A stretch of DNA of 64,000 bases from Candidatus Endomicrobiellum glyptotermitis (GTDB lineage Bacteria > Elusimicrobiota > Endomicrobiia > Endomicrobiales > Endomicrobiaceae), in NCBI GenBank assembly GCA_031267715.1, contig JAIRYQ010000001.1:30127-94126 (forward strand), read 5' to 3'. Under the pieces are notes generated by a model, which searched no databases, was not told where the DNA came from, and was given only the letters and a program-made list of their open reading frames with translations. Each line of letters opens with the position of its first letter. The first letter of the stretch is position 1. Positions 1 through 10,043 of this stretch are shown piece after piece. A program made the translations under genes and the position numbers.

Positions 1-364
1 GTTTGTATTGATGTAAACAACGCCTCTGGGTTAGTATATGTTAGATATATATGTGATGGGTGTGTTTTCCTAATTTGTGGGGTATCGTAATCGTACCAAA
101 AAAATAAATGGGCTATAAGTAACGGTTTTGGTTTGCCAGAACCAGAAATATTTTTTAAAAGAGAACTATAGTAATAGTTGGATGTGTGGTTTTGTATTAT
201 ATGAAGTGGCAAACATAGATAAGTGCACAAAGCATTTGATTTTAATAAGTTTGTGTTTTGTCTTGCTTAGCTTTGTTGTTTTAATGGTCTACGCAGATAA
301 TGTGTTTATTGAAGTCTCTTCGCCCATTACATTACATAGAGACGCACTTTTTAGATAACTTTAA

Positions 365-3169
365 ATGGCGAGTAAAATAATAAATTTAGATATTCGTGAA
401 AATATAATAGATTTTACGACAGATTATATTCTCAAATCAGACAAAAATACGGCTTTAATAAGCGGAGGCAGGAGACCTTTTTTGTTTATCAGAAGAAGAC
501 TTGCCTTAGAATGTAAGAAATCCTTTTTTCCTCCAAAATTTTTTACCAATGATGAATTCATTGAAGGAGTTGTTTTTGACAACTCAGAACTTGTAAAAAT
601 TTCAGATTTTGAATCGGCATTTATTATATTTGAGATTGTTAAGAAAGAAGCGCTATTATTTTTTAAGGATAAAACTTCTTTTGCGTTATTCATAGATTGG
701 TCTTTTGAAATTCTGTCTTTTATAGAGCAGTTGGATATGGAAGATATATGCGATGAAAAACTAAAAACTGTAAAGACAAATGCAGAAATAGGTTATGATG
801 TTCCTGAAAGTATTAATGATTTATTGAAAAATATTTTTAGGATAAGAAAAAATTTTCACGATATTTTGGATGACGCTTTAAAAACTACAAAGGGATATAG
901 TTTTTTAAAGGCTGCATTAATGGATGCGGAGTCGTTATCTGGTAACTTCGACGAGATTATATTGATAGCTCCTTTTTATCTCCGTAAAACGGAGATTGAA
1001 ATTTTTAAGAAAATTTATAAAATCGGAAAACTTGTTCTACTTACTCAAGGTAACCCCAAAGATTATGAAATGTTGACGCGCATATACTCCGAATTTGGCG
1101 AGCCTTTGCCTGTTGGTGTGAAAAATGTGAAAAATAATTGTAAATTAAACGTTTATTCCGCGTTTGACGATCAATCTCAAGGTTCTCTATTAAAAAATCT
1201 CACGAAAGATTATTCTAAAGAAGAAATGGATAAGACTGTTATTATTGTCCCAGATTCAAAAATGTTGCAGTCTGTGGTGTCTGAGATATCGATAGTTACA
1301 GATCGCTATAACGTTTCAATGGGCTATCCTGCCATGAAGACGGCTGTTTTTTCTCTCTTAAATGCAGTTATAGAGGCGCAACTTTCAAGAAAAGGGCAAT
1401 ATTACTACTCAAAAGATATCATGAAGGTTTTAAGTAACCCACTTTTAAAAAATATGAGATTTTTTGGAGAAAGTTCAATATCAAGAATTGTTGCCCATAA
1501 GGTTGAAGAATTTTTGAATAGAGATTCAAGGAGTTGTATAAGTGGCAGAATATTTGTTTCTTTTGAAGAAATTGTCAACGAGAAACAACTCCTTGATGAA
1601 ATGAGTCTCACGATAACAAAAGCTTGGAAATACGTAGCTCCTAAAAAAATAGTGAATATATTAAAAAAAATTTTCCATGATTTTTTTATATCGTGGGAAA
1701 ATATTGGTACTTTTAACGATTTATCGGGTGTTTTATTTAATTTTTTAGAAAAAATACATTTTTTAAGTTCCGCTAGTAGCTATCCTTTGAATATTGACGC
1801 TATGGAGTTGTTGTTATATCTGGCAAACGAACTTAAATTTTGTGGAGTATCTAATGCAAAATTTCACAATGAAGAGGTTTTGGATATTTTTAAGAAGCTA
1901 ATAAGAAATAAGAGAATAGCTTTGCTAGGCTCACCCTTAAAAGGAATACAGATATTGGGGCTTTTAGAGTCAAGAAATCTTTTTTTTGAAAATGTGTTTA
2001 TTGTCGGTATGACAGATTCGGCGATACCTGCCTTAAGAAAAGAATATTCTCTTATACCGAAAGATATAATGTTTATTTTAGGAATTGAGATATCAAAAAT
2101 GGAGTTTGAAATACAAAAATATCATTTTAACAGACTTATCGCGGGTGCAAAAAATTTAAATCTTATTTATCCTGATAATGAAAAAGATGAAAGGAGCAGA
2201 TTTATTGAGTCTATTATTTGGGATAAGCAGTTGGAAAGCAAGGATATTAATGCTGTAAAGATAAATAGGTTTGTTTTACCTAAATTTTCTATAAGACAAC
2301 ATGAGAAGCGAAAATATTTTAAAACTAAAGAGATTAAAGAATATCTTAAGAATATGTCTTACACGTACAGCAAAATTGACGCTTATTTAAATTGTAAACT
2401 TAAGTTTTATTTTATGTATGTATTGTTGCTTAACGATAGTATGAAAGTGGGACGGGAGCTTTTTAGTAGCGATATAGGAAATTTCGTTCATAATTTCTTA
2501 AAGTCTGCGTTGTATGAAAATCTCAACTTTGAAAAAGTAAAATCCTCAGAATTTGAAAAAGAATATTTTAAAAAGTTTGAAAAAAGTTTTGATGCCTCTT
2601 CTCATTTTAAATTCAGAGAAGAGGCTTTTATGATGAAAGAAGTTTTAATGCATAGGATGAAAAAAGTTTTGTATTATGAAAAAAAAAGATCTTATAAAAC
2701 TATTTACGCTTGCGAGAGGAAATATGCCTCAGATATTGAAACTGATTCAGGTGTTGTTTATGGCTTGAATTGCAGGATCGATAGAATAGATACTGACGAT
2801 AAAAACTATATGATATTTGATTATAAAACCGGAGCTGTTGCGGATTCTATTGTTTCAAAAAAATATTTTGATTTATTGTCAGATGGTTTTGATAGGCAGA
2901 ATATGAAAAAGGCAGTGAAGTCTCTGCAACTGCCGTTGTATAAGTATATCTTTGAGAAAGAAACAGGACTTGCAGTTTCAGGATGTGCAATTTACGGCGT
3001 AAAAAAAGCGGAAATTATTGAATTCCCGAAAGAAGAAGAAATATACGATAAGTGTATTAGTGTAGTCAAGAAAATTCTTGACGATATAAATACTTGTGAA
3101 AGTTTTGAGTTTGACAGCGAAGATAAAGTTAACTGCGGAACGTGTAGGTATTTTTATATATGCAGATGA
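365..3169 (+). CDS. AddB/RexB-like protein: inactive helicase scaffold plus C-terminal PD-(D/E)xK nuclease
   Basis: 934 aa. Contains GIQILGLLESR, SKIDAYLNCKLKFYF, RIDRID...IFDYKTG, LQLPLY and terminal CGTCRYFYIC (Fe-S staple of AddB/Cas4-like nucleases). Confidence 0.8.
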   Translation: MASKIINLDIRENIIDFTTDYILKSDKNTALISGGRRPFLFIRRRLALECKKSFFPPKFFTNDEFIEGVVFDNSELVKISDFESAFIIFEIVKKEALLFFKDKTSFALFIDWSFEILSFIEQLDMEDICDEKLKTVKTNAEIGYDVPESINDLLKNIFRIRKNFHDILDDALKTTKGYSFLKAALMDAESLSGNFDEIILIAPFYLRKTEIEIFKKIYKIGKLVLLTQGNPKDYEMLTRIYSEFGEPLPVGVKNVKNNCKLNVYSAFDDQSQGSLLKNLTKDYSKEEMDKTVIIVPDSKMLQSVVSEISIVTDRYNVSMGYPAMKTAVFSLLNAVIEAQLSRKGQYYYSKDIMKVLSNPLLKNMRFFGESSISRIVAHKVEEFLNRDSRSCISGRIFVSFEEIVNEKQLLDEMSLTITKAWKYVAPKKIVNILKKIFHDFFISWENIGTFNDLSGVLFNFLEKIHFLSSASSYPLNIDAMELLLYLANELKFCGVSNAKFHNEEVLDIFKKLIRNKRIALLGSPLKGIQILGLLESRNLFFENVFIVGMTDSAIPALRKEYSLIPKDIMFILGIEISKMEFEIQKYHFNRLIAGAKNLNLIYPDNEKDERSRFIESIIWDKQLESKDINAVKINRFVLPKFSIRQHEKRKYFKTKEIKEYLKNMSYTYSKIDAYLNCKLKFYFMYVLLLNDSMKVGRELFSSDIGNFVHNFLKSALYENLNFEKVKSSEFEKEYFKKFEKSFDASSHFKFREEAFMMKEVLMHRMKKVLYYEKKRSYKTIYACERKYASDIETDSGVVYGLNCRIDRIDTDDKNYMIFDYKTGAVADSIVSKKYFDLLSDGFDRQNMKKAVKSLQLPLYKYIFEKETGLAVSGCAIYGVKKAEIIEFPKEEEIYDKCISVVKKILDDINTCESFEFDSEDKVNCGTCRYFYICR

Positions 3170-3934
3170 GAGTGGTTTGAATTAGTGCTTAAATATAAAG
3201 TTGCGAAGAATATAAAAGAAGTTGGGCAGGTTATTCAACAGAATACATTTTTAGAGGGCAATCCTTAATTTCCTTAAAAAATTGCTGTTAAAATAACATC
3301 ACAAAAAAATATCTTAAAAATATCTTTTTGTTTAACATATACCCGATGTATGAGGGCGGTGTATGGGGGTTTATTTTGATTTTTTTCTCATTTTAATTGT
3401 TTTTGCATTAAGAGCTTGATAAAGTTATTAATTTAAAAATCATTAAAATCAATGGATATGTTAGGTCATCATTTATATTGACACTTAAATGTCTCATATT
3501 TTGTATTATTCTAGATAAAGTAATATTTGTCCCTCCGATATTAATAAAAAGATAGGCCTTCGATGCTGATGAATTTTACGTTGCAATTTTTCCAAATTTT
3601 TTAACCTCCAAATTTCTGATGTCTTTGAAGTTTTTAATATGTATTTGATTTTAAAAACATAAAACACCTCAATTGATCGATTAATTCTTTCTGTATAACT
3701 ATGTATTACAACATTACTTACTGCGAGCTTGAGTTTTTTTTAATATTTTGGTTTGATGATTTAGGCATAATTAAGGTTAATGAAGTTTTTAGTGTATCAA
3801 AATTAGTAATCAGACATAAATGCGAAAACTAAATAAAAAGCTGTCATAATTTTTTAACTTTTTTAACTTAATAGTTTGTTATAGGATGTAAATATATACG
3901 TAAAAAGTGCTTGTTATAGGTGAGTGTAAATGGA

Positions 3935-4462
3935 ATGAAAAAGTCAAAAATTATTATGTTTTTTATTTTTGTGTTAGGAGTTTTTACTGTTACTAATATT
4001 TCAACTACTGATGGACAAATGATAAGTAAAAATCTTTTTAAAATTAAAAGAAACAAGAATGCTAATGTTGTTATGTATGATGTGAGACTAGATTCTAAAG
4101 GTAATATTGATAAATCAAATCCGATAGACGCTTACTGGATTCTATATGACAAGCAAGGACAAATGCGACGCAGCGAAATAAAGGCATTTGAAAAAAGAGC
4201 TTATGGGTTTACAATAAAATATAATGTTGAAGGATATTATGATTTGGTTTTAAAAGCTGTTCCAGATACAAATATAAAGGTTATTTTGTTAAACGGTGAA
4301 CCGAAGGTTTTAATTAAGATAAATAATGAAGACGCATATCTTTTAACGGTTTTTGTTTTTGCAAAATATAACTTAATAACCACTAAGGTTTTGTACTATG
4401 CTATTACAGGTGTTGATATCAAAACCGGATTTCAGATTACGAAAAAAATAGCCGTGCATTAA
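3935..4462 (+). CDS. DUF4833-like exported protein
   Basis: N-terminal hydrophobic signal, then LFKIKRNKNANVVMYD, PIDAYWI and FEKRAYG, which resemble DUF4833. ATG 3935 preferred to GTG 3920. Confidence 0.65.
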   Translation: MKKSKIIMFFIFVLGVFTVTNISTTDGQMISKNLFKIKRNKNANVVMYDVRLDSKGNIDKSNPIDAYWILYDKQGQMRRSEIKAFEKRAYGFTIKYNVEGYYDLVLKAVPDTNIKVILLNGEPKVLIKINNEDAYLLTVFVFAKYNLITTKVLYYAITGVDIKTGFQITKKIAVH

Positions 4463-4479
4463 AAAAAGCGCATATAGCC

Positions 4480-5410
4480 CCACCGTATTTGATATTGATA
4501 AAAGTGCAATTGCTTTATTTGAGTTTCTAGATTATTGCATTTTCGTTTAACTAGTTATCGCTTGCGATGCTATTGAAACGGTTTCTATAGTTGCATTTAA
4601 TATGGGAATTGTAATAATTAAATAATTTGCGCCTTTTATACCTGCCGCAATTAAAATATCTTTTTTTTGTAGAACTTCCATAAATTACAATTTATTTTTA
4701 TGCGCTTGTACTGTTTGACCGTGTCAAATGTTTGTTTCAATAATAACTGATTTATATCATGATTTTTTAGGGCTTGGACGACTTTTTTTCCCGTAGGCCA
4801 ATAACCTACGATCATGCCACCCAAAAATGCGCTTAAGGCACAAGAGCGACGTCTTGATGATAAAACCCGTCCTCTGGAAGGCTGCCGTTGCAAAAGCTAC
4901 AGCTAGAACTGTTAGTGTAAAAAGTTCCTGAGAGTGTGTTTTTACCATTTTTGGAAAAAGCCATATAGAACAAACCGTCCTCCGAATTCCATGATTAAAA
5001 GCGATAATAAAATAAGGCGGAGCAAAGCGATTTCTATCGGCTTAAGTATTCCTATGGTAGCGGAATCTGAATTAGATAATATTACTTTGGAAGGTTTTGG
5101 AGAAATGAGTATAAATACTGTTAAAATGTCTTCTACAACAAGCCATCCAACAGTGACGTGTCATTGTATAGTATTAAAAATATCATATTGTCATTTAAAA
5201 TTTTTAAAAGTACAACTGTGCTTGTAGCAAGCACTCCAATCCGAGTATGAGTCCGAAAATTAAACCTAGCCCTGGTGGGGTGGGGGGGGGATGATTGCCC
5301 ATGCCCGCTATAATTGAATGTACCGCAAATAGTTGTTGTAATCGTGCTTTGTATATTGCTTCTGGAATAGCGATATTTTTGACAGCTATAAGGTTATCCA
5401 TTATTTTTGC
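4480..5410 (-). pseudogene. ybaL: CPA2-family cation:proton antiporter (YbaL/RosB-like) pseudogene; boundaries approximate
   Basis: Minus-strand fragments in different frames: LIAVKNIAIPEA, GLGLIFGL, VGWLVVEDILTVF, SQELFTLTVLAVA and SCALSAFLGGMIVG. They match YbaL motifs in order, with multiple stops and frameshifts. Confidence 0.75.
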
Positions 5411-5640
5411 TTATTGGAAATTTTTAGGCTATGTATATATTGTTTTTTAATTTTATAATCTTTTGTGATTAGAAGATTCTATTGCGATTATTTTTATTCT
5501 TTAGCGGTAACGCTCTAGTAAAAATAACAGTCTGTTTCCAGGATTTTCACTTACACTAACATCGAGTTTATATAGCAAAATAAAATTAAAATACAAAGTT
5601 GTGTAATATAGTCTGGTATCTTAGTTTTACATTAAAATTG

Positions 5641-5649
5641 TGTTATAAT
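5641..5649 (+). promoter_or_regulatory. Extended -10 promoter element TGnTATAAT
   Basis: tgttataat lies just upstream of the radical SAM gene start. Confidence 0.45.
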
Positions 5650-5662
5650 TAAAAAAAGTCAT

Positions 5663-8209
5663 GTGATCTATATGAAAAAACTATCTCAGATTTATGAAAT
5701 ACTGAGTTTTGTGCGGAAGCCTGCGAGATACATTGGCTGCGAATTGAATTCACAGCCTGTCGATATGTCTGCGGATTTTTCAGTGGCTTTGTGCTTCCCG
5801 GATATTTATGAAGTAGGTGCTTCTAATCTTGGAATTGAAATCCTTTATCATTTGATTAACGAAAAAAAACTTGCCCGTTGTGAAAGAGTGTTTGCCCCCG
5901 ATGATGATTTGGAATTGCTTTTAAGGAAGAATAAGATCGACTTGTTTTCATTGGAATCTAAAAGTGCTTTAAAGAGTTTTGATATTTTAGGTTTTACGAT
6001 TCAGTGCGAACTTGTTGCTACTAATATTGTTAATATTCTAGATTTATCAGATATTTCCGTATTTTCAAAAGATAGAAAAGATGGTGAGCCTTTGGTAATA
6101 GGTGGCGGACCTGCGTTAACTAATCCTGAACCTTTTTGTGACTTTTTTGATCTGTTCGTTTTGGGAGATGGGGAGGAGGCAATAGAAGAAATAGTAAGCG
6201 TGTGTAGAAAATCAAAGAGTGTTAAACTGACAAAACTTGAAACATTAAAAGAATTATCAAACATAAGCGGCGTATACGTACCAATGTTTTATAGTATTGA
6301 ATATAATAACGACAACACGATAAAGTGTGTAGTTCCACGTATGGGTGCAAGAGCGGTTGTCAAGAAGAGCGTTGTAGATATTGAGAATGCATATTTCCCG
6401 AAAAAAAAAATAATTCCTTTTGTTGAAACAGTACATGATAGATTAAATATTGAAGTTGCTAGAGGTTGTCCTGGTCGTTGCCGTTTTTGTCAGGCGTCAA
6501 AATATTATAAACCTTGGAGGCAGAGGACATGCGAAAAATTATTGGATCTTTTAAAGGAAGGTCTGCGAACTACGGGTTTTGAAGAGGTTACTTTTTCATC
6601 TCTTTCATGCAGCGATTATAAATATCTGGACAAGTTGTTAATTGAGGCGAATAATTTATATGGTGGTTCTAAGCTTAATATTTCCTTGCCATCTTTGAGA
6701 TGTGAGAAATATTCTGTAAAAATAGCTCAATATATTAACAGAGTTAAAAGGCCTACACTTACTTTTGCTCCTGAAGCGGGAACTGATAGAATGCGTAATG
6801 TGATAGGTAAATATCTTTCTGAGGAGCAGATAGTAGAAACTCTTCTTATTGCAAACGCGATGGGCTGGAGGGTTGTAAAACTTTATTTTATGGTAGGTCT
6901 TCCTACAGAAACAGATAATGACATAGTCGGGATAGGGCGTCTCGTTAAGTTTATTAAAGGAAAAGCAAGAAATTTAAATTTCAATATTACAGTTTCTCCT
7001 TTTGTTCCAAAAGCGCAGACAGCCTTTCAATGGACGTCAATGGCCGCTGCCGATGATATAAAAAGAAAAATTAATATTTTAAATAAATTGTTCCCGAGAA
7101 ATATAAAAGCTCATAGTTATAAAACAAGTATATTCGAAGCTTTGCTTGCGAAAGGAGACAGGCGTCTTTCGTCTGTAATTTACAAAGCTTGGCAGAAGGG
7201 TGCGAAGTTTGACCAGTGGATTGAGAAATTTAACAGCAATATATGGGACGAAGCTATCGCTGAAAGTAAAATTGATTTAAATTTTTATGTTTATAGAAAT
7301 ATAAAATTTGAAGAAATTCTGCCTTGGGATCATTTAGATTTTGGTGTATCAAAACACGCTCTATACTCTGAATACATTAAAGGTATAAATGAAACCGCTG
7401 GCAAAAACAAAGCGCCTAGCGGTGTTGATATTCGAGTTAAAGCTCCAGCGTGCGAGGCTTGTTGTGTTTCTAAAGCAAATCAAAATCAGTTTAATAACAT
7501 GCGACGTTTACTGCCTGAAAATTATGTTGAACCTAGAGTTTCAGTCCTTGAACCTGTCATGCGTTTAAGACTTCGTTTTTCAAAAAAGGGTGTAGCCAGA
7601 TTCGTGTCGCATTTAGAACAAATAAGATTATTTAGGAGACTGGCAAGACGTTCTGGATTTCCTATAGCGTTTACTTCAGGTTTTAGTCCTAAAGTTAAGT
7701 TGTCCTACGGACCACCTCTTTCTGTAGGTTATGAGAGTTCAAGTGAGTACATAGAATTATGTTTTACTCAAAAAATAAATATTGAGGATGTAGAGTCAAA
7801 TTTTTCAAAGCTTCTGCCTATCGGTTTTAAACTACTTGATATAAAGAGAGTGCCTTTGAATTTTCCAAATATAGATATTTTGTCTAATGTTGCCGAGTAT
7901 GAGATAAAAAACATAAATATCTCACAAAAAAAGATAGATGAGTTTTTGTGCCAAAGTTCAATCATAGTAAAAAAAACAAAAAAAGATAAAATTATTGAAA
8001 CCGATGCTAAACCTTTGATAAGGTCTTTCAGGAATGAGAATGGTGTTTTAAAATTACAGCTTCGTTTTGGCAAAGTTGGAAATATTAAGCCTGAAATTGT
8101 TTTGGAAAAATTATTAGGGGAAAATCAAAAAAATTGTGCTGGAGTGTACGTGATAGAAAAAACTAATTTATATATCGAAACGAAAAATGGAGAAATATAT
8201 GAACCTTGA
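5663..8209 (+). CDS. TIGR03960-family B12-binding radical SAM protein fused to a C-terminal TIGR03936/DUF2344 domain
   Basis: VRKPARYIGCELN, FPDIYEVGASNLG and RGCPGRCRFCQA (CxxxCxxC). The C-terminal RLRLRFSKKGVARFVSHLE...FSPKVKLSYGPPL is typical of DUF2344. Confidence 0.9.
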   Translation: MIYMKKLSQIYEILSFVRKPARYIGCELNSQPVDMSADFSVALCFPDIYEVGASNLGIEILYHLINEKKLARCERVFAPDDDLELLLRKNKIDLFSLESKSALKSFDILGFTIQCELVATNIVNILDLSDISVFSKDRKDGEPLVIGGGPALTNPEPFCDFFDLFVLGDGEEAIEEIVSVCRKSKSVKLTKLETLKELSNISGVYVPMFYSIEYNNDNTIKCVVPRMGARAVVKKSVVDIENAYFPKKKIIPFVETVHDRLNIEVARGCPGRCRFCQASKYYKPWRQRTCEKLLDLLKEGLRTTGFEEVTFSSLSCSDYKYLDKLLIEANNLYGGSKLNISLPSLRCEKYSVKIAQYINRVKRPTLTFAPEAGTDRMRNVIGKYLSEEQIVETLLIANAMGWRVVKLYFMVGLPTETDNDIVGIGRLVKFIKGKARNLNFNITVSPFVPKAQTAFQWTSMAAADDIKRKINILNKLFPRNIKAHSYKTSIFEALLAKGDRRLSSVIYKAWQKGAKFDQWIEKFNSNIWDEAIAESKIDLNFYVYRNIKFEEILPWDHLDFGVSKHALYSEYIKGINETAGKNKAPSGVDIRVKAPACEACCVSKANQNQFNNMRRLLPENYVEPRVSVLEPVMRLRLRFSKKGVARFVSHLEQIRLFRRLARRSGFPIAFTSGFSPKVKLSYGPPLSVGYESSSEYIELCFTQKINIEDVESNFSKLLPIGFKLLDIKRVPLNFPNIDILSNVAEYEIKNINISQKKIDEFLCQSSIIVKKTKKDKIIETDAKPLIRSFRNENGVLKLQLRFGKVGNIKPEIVLEKLLGENQKNCAGVYVIEKTNLYIETKNGEIYEP

Positions 8210-8545
8210 TCAGTGGATATAGTTCTATACTTGGTTTTTTTGTGGCAATTTATGTGGCGCGACTAAAATAAAAGAATTATTATTTGCGGAGTTTTTTATC
8301 TGAAGTGCTGATGAAGATTAAGCAAAAAAAACGCTTTCTAGGTTTTGTTAGTTTTTTTTGGAGTTTTATGGAATTTAAATTAAGTTATTAATCACACGAT
8401 TTTTAAAGTATGTAACTGATTTTGTTTTGGATTTAACTTAGGAAGAAAAATTTTATGCAAGGAAGGCTTTGGTAAAGTTCATTTAGATGTTTTTGTTAAG
8501 AAATATGTGTGTAAAAAGCCGAGATCGCTAATAGAGAGATAAAAT

Positions 8546-9814
8546 ATGAAAAAGAAAGTGATAATCGTGGTTAATAAGTCAATTGGAGAAACAAAAGTTG
8601 CTGTGCTTGAAAACGATAAACTTTTTGATTTGTTTATTGAAGTAAAGGAATCTGAGAAGATATTAAACAATATTTACAGAGGTAGAGTGCAAAATATTGT
8701 TCCTGCGTTAGGTTCGGCTTTTGTGGATATTGGCATTAATAAGAGTGCATATCTTAGTGTTGATAATATAGTGTCGCGATGCAGTGAAAAAAATATTAAA
8801 AATATGATCAAATCAGGTCAGGATATTATAGTGCAAGTGTACAAAGAAGCCATAAACAATAAAGGTCCTAAGGTGACAATGAATATTTCACTTCCAGGAA
8901 GACTTTTAGTATATATTCCTTTTGGTAATAATGTGGTGGGTGTATCTAAAAAAATTAAAAATAAGCAGGAATGCAAGAGATTAAGAGACATAGCCAATGA
9001 GGTAAAAAAAAACGTATCCGGTGGTATAATAGTGAGAACTGAGGCTGAAAAAGTTAAGGAAGTAGAAATTAAAAACGAAGTCAGTTATTTAACAAGACTT
9101 TGGGTGTCTATAGTTGAAAAATTCAAAAATGTAGAATCAACTAATCTTATTCACAAAGATTTAGGTATAGTGCTTCAGATAGTGAGAGACTATTTTTCAG
9201 ATGATGTTACGCTTATGCATATAGATTCACGGAAAGAGTTTAATGATGTTGTGGATTTTGTAAAAATTGTAGTACCTGAATTAGCTGATAAAATTGTGTT
9301 CTATAATTCTAAAGTTCCTATATTTAAATTATATGGCATTGAAGAAGAAATAGATAAGCTGTGTTCAAATAAAGTAGGTCTTAACTCCGGAGGTTATATT
9401 GTTATTCAAGAGGCGGAATCTCTTTGCGCAATAGATGTTAATAGCGGGAAATTTACGTCAAAATTTACTCAAGAAGAAACCGCTGTTCTTACAAACCTTG
9501 AAGCTTCAGAAGAAATTGCAAGACAATTAAGGCTTAGGAACATAGGTGGTATAATTGTTATTGATTTTATAGATATGAAAAAAGCTGCAGATAGACGAAG
9601 GGTTTTGGATAGACTTTGTGAAGCCGCAATGAGTGATAAAGCCAAAATAAAAGTGTGGCCTATGATTAATAAACTTGGTCTTATAGAAATGACTAGGGAG
9701 AGAAAAAAAAAGTCGTTGTTTTCTCTCCTTAGCGATGCTTGCCCTGTCTGTCAAGGATTAGGTTTTGTATTTTCAAAAAAGAGATCTAATTTCTATGTTG
9801 ATGGAGTAAAGTGA
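8546..9814 (+). CDS. rng: Rne/Rng-family ribonuclease (RNase G), C-terminus possibly truncated
   Basis: NIYRGRVQNIVP S1 domain, AIDVNSG, EEIARQLRLRNIGGIIVIDFIDM and Zn-link CPVCQG. Confidence 0.88.
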   Translation: MKKKVIIVVNKSIGETKVAVLENDKLFDLFIEVKESEKILNNIYRGRVQNIVPALGSAFVDIGINKSAYLSVDNIVSRCSEKNIKNMIKSGQDIIVQVYKEAINNKGPKVTMNISLPGRLLVYIPFGNNVVGVSKKIKNKQECKRLRDIANEVKKNVSGGIIVRTEAEKVKEVEIKNEVSYLTRLWVSIVEKFKNVESTNLIHKDLGIVLQIVRDYFSDDVTLMHIDSRKEFNDVVDFVKIVVPELADKIVFYNSKVPIFKLYGIEEEIDKLCSNKVGLNSGGYIVIQEAESLCAIDVNSGKFTSKFTQEETAVLTNLEASEEIARQLRLRNIGGIIVIDFIDMKKAADRRRVLDRLCEAAMSDKAKIKVWPMINKLGLIEMTRERKKKSLFSLLSDACPVCQGLGFVFSKKRSNFYVDGVK

Positions 9815-9966
9815 ATAGAAGTTCCGCAATTGTGTCCTTTTAAGTTGTATGTGTAAGAGTTTTGAGATTTTATGAATTATTGTGCATTATACAAAAGTGA
9901 TGAAAGAGATATTATCTAAAAAGATGGGTAGAAATTTTTTTTGAATAATTGGCTGTCTTTGAAGAA

Positions 9967-10023
9967 CTCTTAGTATATCCGCATATTTTGATTATAGCCA
10001 AAAACATGTGGATATACTAAGAG
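9967..10023. terminator. Long inverted repeat between convergent rng and uxuB; probable terminator or 3' stabilising hairpin
   Basis: ctcttagtatatcc...ggatatactaagag form 14-bp perfect arms, extended by imperfect pairing. Confidence 0.6.
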
Positions 10024-10043
10024 GAAAAACACTACTGATAATT

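Noticed and set aside
128-358. 76-aa ORF
   Set aside because: No motif, TTG start, and it lies in eroded-looking sequence.
2300-3169. Cas4-like nuclease suggesting a CRISPR or defence system
   Set aside because: It is the C-terminal domain of a 934-aa AddB-like protein, and no cas genes are nearby.
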